This document shows positions 1-12,155 of a stretch of 64,000 nucleotides of DNA, in pieces. The stretch comes from Ranitomeya imitator (lineage: Eukaryota), in the NCBI RefSeq assembly GCF_032444005.1, contig NC_091282.1:1109614001-1109678000 (forward strand), given 5' to 3'. Numbering within the stretch: the stretch's first letter is position 1; each line of letters opens with the position of its first letter. Both the position numbers and the translations under genes were made by a program. The notes beneath the pieces were generated by a model. It had not been told where the DNA came from, ran no database searches, and saw only the letters and a list, made by a program, of their open reading frames with translations.

Positions 1-100
1 ATTTAGTATATACCTGTGTGTCATCTGCTCCTGTATATAGTATATATCTGTGTGTCATCTCCTTCTGTATATAGTATATATGTGTGTCATATCCCCTGTA
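1..100. repeat. Minisatellite of ~33-35 bp (tgtgtgtcatctcctcctgtatatagtatatacc), left part
   Basis: Direct tandem copies with the same unit as 1646-2515. Confidence 0.9.
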
Positions 101-102
101 TA

Positions 103-1645
103 CAGTCATGGCCAAAAGTTTTGAGAATGACGCCAAAATTATATTTTCACATGATTTGCTGCCCTCTGGTTTTTATTAGTGTTTGTCTGATGTTTATATC
201 ACATACAGAAATATAATTACAATCATATTATGAGTACCAATAGGTTATATTGACAGTTAGAATGAGTTAATGCAGCAAGTCAATATTTGCAGTGTTGACC
301 CTTCTTCTTTAAGACCTCTGCAATTCTCCCTGGCATGCTCTCAATCAACTTCTGGACCAAATCCTGACTGATAGCAGTCCATTCTTGCATAATCAATGTT
401 TGCATTTTGCCAGAATTTGTTGGTTTTTGTTTGTCCACCTGTCTCTTGATGATTGACCATAAGTTCTCAATGGGATTAAGATCTGGGGAGTTTCCAGGCC
501 ATGGACCCAAAATCTCTATGTTTTGTTCCATGAGCCATTTAGTTATCACCTTTGCTTCATGGCAAGGTGCTCCATCATGCTGGAAAAGGCATTGTTGGGC
601 GCCAAACTGCTCTTGGACGGTTGGGAGAAGTTGCTCTTGGAGGACATTCTGGTACCATTCTTTATTCATGGCTGTGTTTTTAGGCAAGACTGTGAGTGAG
701 CCGATTCGCTTGGCTGAGAAGCAACCCCACACATGAATGGTTTCAGGATGCTTTACAGTTGGCATGAGACAAGACTGGTGGTAGCGCTCACCTCTTCTTC
801 TCCGAATAAGCTGTTTTCCAGATGTCCCAAACAATCGAAAAGGGGATTCATCAGAGAAAATTACTTTGCCCCAGTCCTCAGCAGTCCACTCCCTGCACCT
901 TTTGCAGAATATCAGTCGGTCCCTGATGTTTTTTCTGGAGAGAAGTGGCTTCTTTGCTGCCCTCCTTGAAACCAGGCCTTGCTCAAAGAGTCTCCGCCTC
1001 ACAGTGCGTGCAGAAGCACTCACACCAGCCTGCTGCTGGTAGTCCGATCCCGCAGCTGAAACAGTTTTAAGATACGGTCCTGGCGCTTGCTGGTCTTTCT
1101 TGGGCGCCCTGGAGCCTTTTTGACAACAATGGAAGCTCTCTCCTTGAAGTTCTTGATGATGCGATAGATTGTTGACTGAGGTGCAATCTTTGTAGCTGCG
1201 ATTCTCTTCCCTGTTAGGCCATTTTTGTGCAGTGCAATGATGGCTGCACGTGTTTCTTTAGAGATAACCATGGTTAACTGAAGAGAAACAATGATACCAA
1301 GCACCAGCCTCCTTTTCAAGTGTCCAGTGATGTCATTCTTACTTAATCATGACTGATTGATCGCCAGCCCTGTCCTCATCAACACCCACACCTGTGTTAA
1401 TGGATCAATCACTAAAACAATGTTAGCTGCTCCTTTTAAGGCAGGACTGCAATGATGTTGAAATGTGTTTTGGGGGTTAAAGTTCATTTTCTGGGCAAAT
1501 ATTGACTTTGCAAGTACAGTAATTGCTGTTAAGCTGATCACTCTGACATTCAGGAGTATATGCAAATTGCCATTAGAAAAAATGAAGCAGTAGACTTTGG
1601 AAAAATTAATATTTGTCTCATTCTCAAAATTTTTGGCCATGACTG
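103..1645 (-). mobile_element. Tc1-family DNA transposon (1543 bp) with TA target duplication
   Basis: TIR cagtcatggccaaaa(g/a)ttttgagaatga at both ends; TA at 101-102 and 1646-1647. Confidence 0.95.
280..1271 (-). pseudogene. Tc1 transposase (DD34E), frameshifted near 1020-1035
   Basis: N-terminal MVISKETRAAIIALH...GRPRK; C-terminal VIFSDES, FQHDGAPCH and SPDLNPIENLW motifs lie in a second frame. Confidence 0.93.
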
Positions 1646-2515
1646 TATAGTATATACCTGTGTGTCATCTCCTCCTGTATATAGTATATACCTGTGTGTC
1701 ATCTCTTCCTGTATATAGTATATATCTGTGTGTCATCTCCTCCTGTATATAGTATATATCTGTGTGTCATCTCCCCTGTATATAGTATATATGTGTTTGT
1801 CATCTCCTCCTGTATATAGTATATACCTGTATGTCATCTCTTCCTGTATATAGTATATACCTGTGTGTCATCTCCCCTGTATATAGTATATATGTGTGTC
1901 ATCTCCCCTGTATATGGTATATACCAGTGTGTCATCTCCTCCTGTATATAGTATATACCTGTATGTCATCTCCTCCTGTATAAAGTATATACCTGTGTGT
2001 CATCTCCTCCTGTATATAATATATACCTGTGTGTCATCTCCCCTGTATACAGTATATACCTGTGTGTCATCTCCCCTGTATAGTATACACCTATGCGTCA
2101 TCTCCCCTGTATATAGTATGTACCTGTATGTCATCTCCCCTGTATACAGTATATACCAGTGTGTCATCTCCTCCAGTATATAGTATATATCTGTATGTCA
2201 TCTCCTCCTGTATATAGTATATACCTGTGTCATCTCCTCCTGTATATAGTATATACCTGTGTGTCATCTCTCCTGTATATAGTATGTATCTGTATGTCAT
2301 CTCCTCCTGTATATAGTATATACCTGTGTGTCATCTCCTCCTGTATATAGCATATACATGTGTGTCATCTCCTCCTGTATATAGTGTATACCTGTGTGTC
2401 ATCTCTCCTGTATATAGTATATTCCTGTGTCATCTCCTCCTGTATATAGTATATACATGTGTGTCATCTCCCCTGTATATATTATATTTATCTGTATGTC
2501 ATCTCCTCCTGTATT
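1646..2515. repeat. Minisatellite of ~33-35 bp, about 25 copies
   Basis: Repeated gtgtcatctcc(t/c)cctgtatatagtatatac. Confidence 0.95.
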
Positions 2516-2789
2516 AGACTGCGTTCACACGTTATTTGGTCAGTATTTTTACCTCAGTATTTGTAAGCTAAATTGGCAGCCTGATAAATCCCCAGCCAAC
2601 AGGAAGCCTTCCCCCCTGGCAGTATATATTAGCTCACACATACACATAATAGACAGGTCATGTGACTGACAGCTGCCGTATTTCCTATATGGTACATTTG
2701 TTGCTCTTGTAGTTTGTCTGCTTATTAATCAGATTTTTATTTTTGAAGGATAATACCAGACTTGTGTGTGTGTTTTAGGGCACGTTTCA

Positions 2790-3300
2790 TGTGTCAAGAT
2801 GTGTGTGTTGAGTTGCATGTGGCGACATGCATGTAGCGACTTTTGTGAGATGAGTTTTGTGTGGCAACATGCGTGTAGCAACTTTTTGTGTGTCGAGTTG
2901 CATGTGACAGGTTAGTGTAGCAAGTTGTGTACAGCAAGTTTTGTGCATGGCGAGTTTTGCGCATGGTGAGTTTTATGTGTGGTGCGTTTTGAGTATGTGC
3001 AAGTTTTGTGTAAGGCAACTTTTGCATGTGTTGCAACTTTTGTGCATGTGGCAATTTTTCCGCGTGTGCAAGTTTTGCGTGTGGCGAGTTTTCCATGAGG
3101 TGAGTTTTGCACGTGTGGCGAGTTTTGCGTGAGCCTAGTTTTGCATGTGGCGAGTTTTCCGCATGGCGAGTTTTGAGCGGCGACTTTTGTGTTTCGACTT
3201 TTATGTGGCGAGGTTGGTGTATGTGTGGTGAAATGTGTGCTGAGGGTGGTATATGTGTTCAAGCACGTTGTAGTGTGTGGCGCATTTTGTGTGTGTGTTC
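2790..3300. repeat. Degenerate short (~15-18 bp) GT-rich repeat region
   Basis: Recurring gcgagttttgc / gcaagttttg motifs. Confidence 0.7.
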
Positions 3301-3634
3301 ATATCCCAGTGTGTGGTGAGTATCCCATGTCGGGGCCCCACCTTAGCAACTGTACGGTATATACTCTTTGGCGCCATCGCTCTCACTCTTTAAGTCCCCC
3401 TTGTTCACATCTGGCACAGCTGTCAATTTGCCTCCAACACTTTTCCTTTCACTTTTTACCCATTATGTAGATAGGGGCAAAATTGTTTGGTGAATTGGAA
3501 TGCGCGGGGTTAAAATTTCGCCTCACAACATAGCCTATGAAGCTCTCGGGGTCAAGACGTGTGACTGTGCAAAATTTTGTGGCTGTAGCTGCGACGGTGC
3601 AGATGCCAATCCCGGACATAAACACATACATACA

Positions 3635-3762
3635 TTCCAAAGACATACTGATAGGGAATTTAGATTGTGAGCCCCATCAGGGACAGTGATGATAATGTAT
3701 GCAAAATGTAAAGCGCTGAGGAATATGTTAGCGCTATATAAAAATAAAGATTATTATTATTA
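3635..3762 (+). mobile_element. 5'-truncated L2-type LINE 3' tail
   Basis: gattgtgagcccc...tgtaaagcgctgaggaatatgttagcgctatataaaaataaagatt(att)n, resembling L2 3' ends; inserted in a (CATA/CA)n tract. Confidence 0.65.
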
Positions 3763-3849
3763 CATACACACATACACACACACATTCAGCTTTATATATT
3801 AGATACATATATATATATATATATATATAGACTGTATATATGTTTTTAA

Positions 3850-4073
3850 GAATATTTGAGCTGATGGATCCATGCTATGTCCATTTTGCAAGCCTGCGAG
3901 AAAAAATCGCTGTACGGAAGCCATATGGATGCCATACGGATGACACACGGATAAATTTGTGAGTAAAAATCGCATCCTCGCATTAAATACGGAACAGTGT
4001 TTTGGGACAATTACTGCGTATTACGGCCGTAAAAAACGGACCGTATTTACTTACGCCTAGTGTGACGCCGGCC
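3850..4073. mobile_element. PIF/Harbinger-like MITE remnant, right end only
   Basis: Ends gtgtgacgccggcc followed by TAA; no matching left end seen. Confidence 0.5.
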
Positions 4074-5862
4074 TAAGGAATATTCAAAACTTACTTTCCT
4101 ATAGCAAATTCAGTGGCACCACCTGTGCTTTATTGTATGGATATTGCTGTGCAATTGGTGTGGATACAGTGGGTACGGAAAGTATTCAAACCTATTTAAA
4201 TTTTTCCCTCTTTTTTTCTTTGCAGCCATTTGGGAAATTCAAAAAAGTTCATTTTTTCACATTAATGTACACTCTGCACCCCATATCACATGGTCATAAG
4301 TATTCAGACCCTTTGCTCAGACACTCATATTTAAGTCACATGCTGTCCATTTCTCTGTGATCCTCATTGAGATGGTTCTACTCCTTCATTGGAGTCCAGC
4401 TGTGTTTAATTAAACTGATAGGAATTGATTTGGAAAGGCACACACCTGTCTATTTAAGACCTCACAGCTCACAGTGCATGTCAGACCAAATGAGAATCAT
4501 GAGGTCAAAGGAACTGGCCAAGTAGCTTAGAGACAGAATTGTGGCAAGTCACAGATCTTGCCAAGGTTACAACAGAATTTCTGCAGTACACAATGTTCCT
4601 AAGAGCACAGTGGATCCATAATCCTTAAATGGATCTGACTATCCAGCCAAACTGAGCAATTGTGGAAGAAGAGCCTTGGTGAGAAAGGTGAAGAAGAACC
4701 CCAAGATCACTGTGGCTTAGCTCCAGAGAAGCAGTAGGGATTTGGGAGAAAGGTCCACAAAGTCTACTATCACTGCAGCCCTCCACCAGTAGGGCCTTTA
4801 TGGCAGAGTGGCCCGTCGGATACCTCTCATTAGTGAAAGACATATGAAAGCCCGCATAGAGTTTGCTGAAAAATACATGAAGTACTCCCAGACTATGAGA
4901 AATAAGATTTTCTGGTCTAATGAGAAGGTGATAGACCTTTTTGGTGATAGTTCTATGTGGAATGCGTGGAGAAAACCAGGCACTGCTCATCACCAGCCCA
5001 ATACAATCCCAACAGTGAAACATGGTGGTGGCAGAATCATGCTGTGGGGGTGTTTTTCAGCTACAGAGACAGGATGACTGGTTGTCATTGAAGGAAACAT
5101 GAATGCGGCCAAGTACAGAGATATCCTGGATGAAAACCTATTCCAGAGTGCTCTGGACCTCAGATTTGGCCGAATGGTCACCTTCCAACAAGACAGTGAC
5201 CCTAAGCACACAGCTAAAATAACAAAGAAGTGGCTTCAGAACAACTCTGTGACAATTGTTGACTGGTCCAGCCAGAACCCTGACCTAAACCTAATTGAGC
5301 ATCTCTGGGGAGACCTGAAGATGGCTATTCATCAACAGGGCCGTATTTGCGACTAGGCACTTGAGGGCACGTGCCTAGGGCGGGACGATGCGGGGGGTGG
5401 TACCTGAGCATGAGCAAGTTTTTTTTTTTAAGTCCTGGTTCACCTCCCGACTGATAGACCCCCGCCCCCTTCCCTCCCCCACCCACCCGCTTGCCTGCTT
5501 CCCACCCTCCCTCCTTGAAGACGTCATACTCACCCTGCTCCAGCGATGCCTGGTCTCAGCTTCTGCAGCTCATCCTGAGTGAGCGGTCACGTGGTACCGC
5601 TCATTAAGGTCATGAATATGGACAAATTCATGATCTTAATGAGCGGTACTACATGACCGCTCACGCAGGAAGAAGGTGCTGCGCAATGAGCCGGGACAGA
5701 GCTAGAGGGATGTTCGGTGCAGCTGCGCGGTGTGGGAAAGAAAGGTGAGTATGAGGGAAGGGGGGTCGGGGGACAGGGGACGGGGGAATGAAGGAGGACG
5801 GGGAGCTGAGCCATGCAAGATGGGAGCAGGAGCAGCAGCGGGAGTAGGGGGGGTTGAGAGAT

Positions 5863-6330
5863 GAGCCATGCATACAGGAGGGGGGAATATGAGCCATGCA
5901 TACAGGAGGGGGAATATGAGCCATGCATACAGGAGGGGGGAATATGAGCCATGCACACAGGAGGGGGGATATGAGCCATGCATACAGGAGGGGGGATATG
6001 AGCCATGCAAACAGGAGGGGGGAATATTAGCCATGCATATAGGAGGGGGGAATATGAGCCATGCATACAGGAGGGGGGATATGAGCCATGCAAACAGGAG
6101 GGGGGATATGAGCCATGCATACAGGAGGGGGGAATATTAGCCATGCATACAGGAGGGGGGAATATGAGCCATGCATATGGGAGGGGGGATATGAGCCATG
6201 CATATGGGATGGGAGGGAGATGAGCCATGCATACAGGAGGGGGGATATGAGCCATGCATACAAGAGGGGGGATATGAGCCATCCATACAGGATGGGGGGA
6301 GATGAGCCATGCATACACGATGGGAGGGGG
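5863..6330. repeat. G-rich 28-29 bp minisatellite (gagccatgcatacaggagggggg[g]atat)
   Basis: About 16 tandem copies. Confidence 0.92.
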
Positions 6331-6690
6331 GCATCATGTGTGGCCATTATACAGTATTGACCATCATGTGGGGTCATTATACAGCATGGAGCATCATGTG
6401 TAGCCATTATACAGTATGGAGCATCATGTGTGGCCATTATACAGTATGGAGCATCATATGTGACCATTATACAGTATGGAGCATCATATGTGGCCATTAT
6501 ACAGTATAGAGCATCATGCGTGGCCATTATACAGTATGGAGCATCATGTGTGGCTATTATACAGTATGGAGCATCATGTGTGGCCATTATACAGTATGGA
6601 GCATCATGTGTGGCCATTATACAGTATGGAGCATCATGTGTGGCCATTATACAGTATGGAGCATCATGTGTGGCCATTATACAGTATGGA
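6331..6690. repeat. 30-bp minisatellite, 12 copies (gcatcatgtgtggccattatacagtatgga)
   Basis: Exact 30-bp period from 6331 to 6661. Confidence 0.95.
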
Positions 6691-8761
6691 GTATGTATGG
6701 AGCACTTTGTGGCCATAATTTTTTTGTATATAATTATAGTTTATGAAACAGTGTGATCAGCAGTGCTAAATGGGTGTGGTTGGGATATGGATATGGGTGT
6801 GACTAGTTGTGAAAAGGGTGTGGTCAGGGGCGTGGCCTAAATTTGCCGTGGCGCACTGTGTGCGCCGCAAACTTTATACCTCTTTCCCTTCTTCAAAAGT
6901 TGGGAGGTATGGTACCGCATTTGCCAGATCATGGCAAGTGCCGCAAATCCCGTAGGGAATGAATGAGGTCAAACGCAGCAGTGTTGCTGTAAGTGATCCG
7001 TTACACGGCAGATGCAGAAAAACTGCCCGATCTGCTGCAAAAGGCTACTTTCACATCAGCGATTCTTGCCAAAGTCACTGCCGATAATGTCATACTCACC
7101 AAAGGGGGAGGCAGCACTAAACGTGCCTAGGGCAGCAGAAACTCTAAATACGGCTCTGTCCATCAACGTATCACCATCCAACCTGACCGAACTGGAGAGG
7201 ATCTGCAAGGAAGAATGGCAGAGGATCCCCAAATCCTGACGTGAAAAACTTGTTGCATCGTTCCCAAGAAGACTCATGGCTGTACTAGCTCAAAAGGTGC
7301 TTCTACTCAATACTGAGCAAAGTGTCTGAAAACTTATGACCATGTGATAATTCAGTTTGCAAAAATTTCACTTCTGTTTTTTTCAGTCAAGATTGGGTGC
7401 AGTGTGTACATTAATGAGGAAAAAAAGTGAACTTTTTGGAATTAACCAAATGGCTGCAATGAAACAAAGAGTGAATAATTTACAGGGGACTGAATAGTTT
7501 CCATACTCACTGTATATTCCAGTTTTCACCCTTTACTTCGAATGTCAATCATCCAGCAATGGTCAATTTACATTCTGTGGATGATATTTTATAAAATACT
7601 ATCTGCAGCAATTACTATAAAATGCATCACATGGAAAATCCACTGCATATGTCATCCATGTGAACATTCCCTGGTTATAAGTTACAGAAGTGTGCAGCAC
7701 TGGTATCTGTTCTGCTGACAGAGGAGGACATGAAATAAAGGACATGATGCCTCATGCATAATTACTTTTCTACAGTAGGACGGAGTGTCATTGCTGCTCA
7801 TCGCGAATCATGAGATCACTCTCATTCTAAAATAAAAAGAAAGCACACGGTTATTTATCTATGTTTTGCATATTGCCTTTTTGTGTATTCAGCAATAACA
7901 TATTTCCACAATAAGATTAAAGCAAATCGGTTGAAATGTTTGAAGAATAAAACATTGCATTGAAGGTTCAAAAATGCTTAGTACACAAGATATACTGCTG
8001 AACCTAAACTTGTGGCTAATTTAGTACCTTGTTTTCTGAAGTATGTGACCATAGCTCATAGATCTTGGGATTTTATGTAGTAGTTTTAAGATTTTATGAT
8101 CACTTTATAACATTTTATAGACAGTTTAATCATTAGTCAGGACATTCACTGCACCAGGTAATTTTATCAATAATGGTTACCTTACCCAGCTGATCCCTCT
8201 CGTGCCACACTGCGCTATAATATACTAAAAGATCTTTCATCTGTTTCATTGAATGTTTTAACCAGCTGCCCTAGGTGTTCCAGAAACGTATAGCACTCTA
8301 AGGATAATAGGGTCAAATTGAGACTAATCACCAACCTAATACAACTGCATTACGTCCATTAAGAAGCAGGAGAATAAGAAATACATTAAACATAATCATT
8401 ATTAGACATTAAAATGAAATCAAATATGGCATGCAATAATTTTAAATGGGTTTAAAATGACTTTGAAGTCTATCTATATGGTATTGTTTTGCATTTCATT
8501 GGGACTCCATATGTGGCATCCTTCAAAAGCTTGGGATGTATGCAGGGCAAACATTCAGTTTTTATCCTTCCTCCCTTATTTGAAAATTTTCTTACGCCCC
8601 TACACCACACACCGGACTCAAGTTAGTCTGCAGTTAGCTATTGGTTATTAGTTAGCTTTTAGAGGTTCATGTGTGATGAATTATACATAGAGTGGATATT
8701 GTTTGGGTAAAATTTTGTTCAGGACTTTGAGATGTTTATTTTGACTACTTGTGGTCCTGGG

Positions 8762-9520
8762 CTATTCACGTAAATCGCTTATTTATGTTGTGCATAATCA
8801 AACGGACTCAATCGTACATAACTTCAATAAGAAAATAGGTACCCTGGGCCACTAGTACTCAAAATGACCAGCTCAATATCCTGAACAATATTTGCCAAAA
8901 AATTATCAACCCTATGTGTAGTTCAGAAGTTATTCATGTAAATCGCTTATGTCGCGCATAATCAAACGTACTCAATCGTACATAAGTTTAATTTGAAAAG
9001 AGGTACCCTGGACCACTAGTACTCAAAATGAACAGCTCAATGACCTGAATAATGTTTGCCAAAAAAATTATCAACTCTACGTGTAGTTCAGAAGTTATTC
9101 ACGTAAATTGCTTATGTTGCACATAATCAAACGTACTCAATTGTACATAATTTCAATTTGAAAAGAGGTACCCTGGACCACTAGTACTCAAAGTGACCAG
9201 CTCAATGACCTGAATAATGTTTGCCAAAAAAATGATCAACTCTCTGTGTAGTTCAGAAGTTATTCACGTAAATCGCTTACGTCGCGCATAATCAAACGTA
9301 CTCAATTGTACATAATTTCAATTTGAAAAGAGGTACCCTGGACCACTAGTACTCAAAATGACCAGCTCAATGTCCTGAATAATATTTGCCAAAAAAATAA
9401 TAAACTCTATGTGTAGTTCAGAAGTTATTTATGTAAATCGCTTATGTCACGCATAATCAAAAGTACTCAATCGTACATAAGTTTAATTTGAAAAGAGGTA
9501 CCCTGGACCACTAGTACTCA
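8762..9520. repeat. 165-bp tandem repeat, about 4.6 copies
   Basis: ggtaccctgg recurs at 8838, 9002, 9167, 9332 and 9497. Confidence 0.95.
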
Positions 9521-9794
9521 GCATGGTCAGATAACTTTGGCATCATCTGTTTTTCTAAATCCCAAAATGCCTATAACAGCAGCCACCCAACCTGGCACAT
9601 TGCTAATCGCTGATAAGTGTCTTGGTCTACATCAACTGTTTTCTGTTTGAGTGTCCAGGCTGAGGCCAGGCCTCCCTCAACTCAGTCCTAGATGGCAGAT
9701 GCCCTTGTTGCAAAAGCTACTGACCTAGGCCTGAATAATCGAGTAATCACATGGTCTATCTTGACTAACCAATAAAGGAAGCCTATAATTTTCT

Positions 9795-11126
9795 GCCTAT
9801 TGGGATGCTGCCTTACACTACAGAGTCATCCTGTGGTGGGTGCTGTCTTATACTACAGGGTCTGCCTGTGGGGTGCTGCCTTATACTACAGGGTCTGCCT
9901 ATGGAGGTACTGCCTTATACTACAGGGTCTGCCTATGGGGGTGCTGCCTTACACTACAAGGTCTGTCTATGGGGGTGCTGCCTTATACTACAGGGTCTGT
10001 CTATGGGGATGCTGCCTTATACTACATGTTCTGCCTATGGGGGTGCATTATACAATATAGAGTAGGCCTATGGGGGGTGCATTATACTATATGGAGGCTT
10101 ATGGGGGGTGCATTATACTATATGGAGGCTTATGGGGAGTGCATTATACTATATGGAGGCTTATGGGGAGTACATTATATTACATTTAGGACTATCTGGT
10201 GCATTACACTATATGGAAGCTATGTAGGGGGGCATCATACAGTGTGGAGATTACAGTGAAGGGGCCATTGTACAGTGTGGGGATTACAGTGAAGGGGCCA
10301 TCATACAGTGTTTGAGCCATCAAATGGTTTTGAGACTACTAAGGGGTCAGTCTGTGTGGGTGGTACTATACATTGAGGGGGCATTATACTGTGTATAAGA
10401 GAGCATCATGCTGTGTATAGGGGAGCTGTAAGGGGCAGATTCGAGACATTATTAAATGTAAAGTGGGCACTTATTGTTATAGGGGAACTCAGGTTGCTAT
10501 GACTATCAAAGGGGCACACAGAGAGCAATATTACTTTTTAGGGGGCAAAATATTTGCACTGTTTTCTAGGACACTTGCACCCTGCATTACTATATTCTAG
10601 ACGAGTGCTTTAGGATTTAGAAGGTACAGAGCACCACACAGCAGGTGCAGTAATAGGGTCACATACGGCAGCAGCGGCTCAGTATTGGGATATCAGCAGG
10701 ATGAGGAGTTTGTGCAGGTTGGGAATAGATGTTGATGGGGCTGAAATGTGAGAAGTGAAATGTGTCTTTGTTGTATTCTCTGCTGATGAGTCCTGGCTGG
10801 AAGAAGTTGTCATGTCAATCTGTGCCAGATGGAAAAGATGGGAAAACTGAACGACTCCATCAGAAAGAACATCAGCGGTAAGACATTATCTGTAACTGTG
10901 CTGTGATCTGTTATATGTTCTGCAGGGCTGTTATCTACCACTGACCATATGGCGGTAATATCCATGTTGGTCTTTATATAGAGATTATCTTCAGTAACAG
11001 CGCGGTCATCTGCTGAGGTTCTCCTCCACTCTTAGGGTGCGTTACCCAGTTGTAATCGAGGATACCTGGTTAGTGGCCCACTCAGAATCTTCGCCTCCCT
11101 GAACCAAAACCCTAGCTACGCTTCTG
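9795..11126. mobile_element. Partial hAT-like non-autonomous element with a degenerate ~35-bp minisatellite (9795-10260)
   Basis: Right end ctagctacgcttctg (rc CAGAAGCGTAGCTAG) looks like a hAT-MITE terminus; left end not found. Confidence 0.5.
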
Positions 11127-11430
11127 CTTAAAGGGAATATGTAACTACCGGTAAGTTTTTGCAACCCTTCTCTCTTCCACCTTGCAGTAGGTAACATATA
11201 TTTATTGATGCCATGGCAGTAACTTTTCACTTTGTGATCACATATTTATTTGGCACAGTCTATGGCCACTAATATATTAATGTGAATAATACATGCACAT
11301 GCACTTTATATTGTTACGTTTGGTATTCTACATAGCTTGTTTGCTACACTGCACCTTTTTATATATTTGTCATTTTTTACCTATTTATTTATATGGGTCC
11401 ATTTTTTTTCACCTTTTGAGATGCTATTAG

Positions 11431-11507
<77 letters not shown>

Positions 11508-11508
11508 T
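11431..11508. repeat. (TA)n microsatellite
   Basis: Direct inspection. Confidence 0.97.
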
Positions 11509-11899
11509 TCTATTTAATGCACTTGTTTTTGTATTTGCTGTCGGCATCATCATGATTACCCATCCATTTGAATCTGTTCCTCATGTATTGCGTCCTTTTA
11601 AGTCCCCTGTACATTTTTTCCACCTCTACTTTTTTGATTTTTTTTTCCTTTTATTACTTTATACTAATAAAAATGTATACTATTTTTCACTAATTGGGTT
11701 TCAAAACCGTTTTTTTTTTTCTTTGTGTATGTATTATTACCGATCTGGCCCACTTTTATATCCATGTCAAACATGTAATGGTAGAAATAAGAATATATTT
11801 CATTATCGTATTATTCATCACTTAATATACTATATATTTCTTGCCACCCACAATACATGTATGCACTGTTTTTGAGATTGTTGTGACTAACTCATTTGG

Positions 11900-12155
11900 G
11901 AAGACATATATACTGTATGCTGACAAGGAACAACTCAACTTGGCACTGGGACAACTAACTGCGCGTGGTTGCTGACTGTTGTGTCTCTGCAACTGCAGGT
12001 TGTGGGCAAGAGCCATGAGCTCCTCCTTCCTGGACAACAGATTGGGAAGGACGTAACACAATGGAAGGGCCAGTAGTTTCAACCTCAAACACAGATTTTG
12101 CACCTAGGCATTCTACCCACCTACTGGGGTGCTGCGTATGTCAGCAGTATCTGTA
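11900..12155 (-). pseudogene. hAT transposase fragment from just after the BED finger
   Basis: 12090-12130 resembles 23730-23770 (acacagattttg...ccacctactgggtg); minus frame reads QHPSRWVECLGAKSV. Confidence 0.55.

Larger units (their letters stand above)
1..3803 (-). mobile_element. Probable non-autonomous Helitron-like element, 3' end outside the window; carries a minisatellite and is interrupted by a Tc1 and an L2 tail
   Basis: Minus-strand start is A|TCTAATATATAAAGCTG at 3804/3803, a Helitron-type 5'-TC after A. No TIR or TSD seen. Internal satellite blocks run to the window start. Confidence 0.45.
5336..7158. mobile_element. Non-autonomous hAT-type element with 8-bp TSD
   Basis: TIRs cagggccgtattt / aaatacggctctg (1 mismatch); flanks ttcatcaa (5328-5335) and tccatcaa (7159-7166). 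Confidence 0.85.
4167..7512 (+). mobile_element. Degenerate Tc1 element interrupted by a hAT-type insertion
   Basis: TA|cagtgggtacggaaagtattca left end and tgaatagtttccatactcactg|TA right end. Transposase remnants include VKHGGGRIMLWGCF, FQQDSDPKHT, SQNPDLNLIEHLW and, after the insert, SPSNLTELERICKEEWQRIP. Confidence 0.92.

Noticed and set aside
1896-3319. Many ORFs of 60-116 aa over the minisatellites
   Set aside because: They are translations of tandem repeats, open in several frames on both strands.
5587-6756. Long Pro/Met/His-rich ORFs (up to 243 aa)
   Set aside because: They are artefacts of the 28-30 bp minisatellites.
12061-12155. Start of the 691-aa ORF as the true PLE N-terminus, and ORF 11822-12103 as a gene
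   Set aside because: This DNA is a minus-strand hAT fragment similar to 23730-23770, so the ORF start is probably chimeric.
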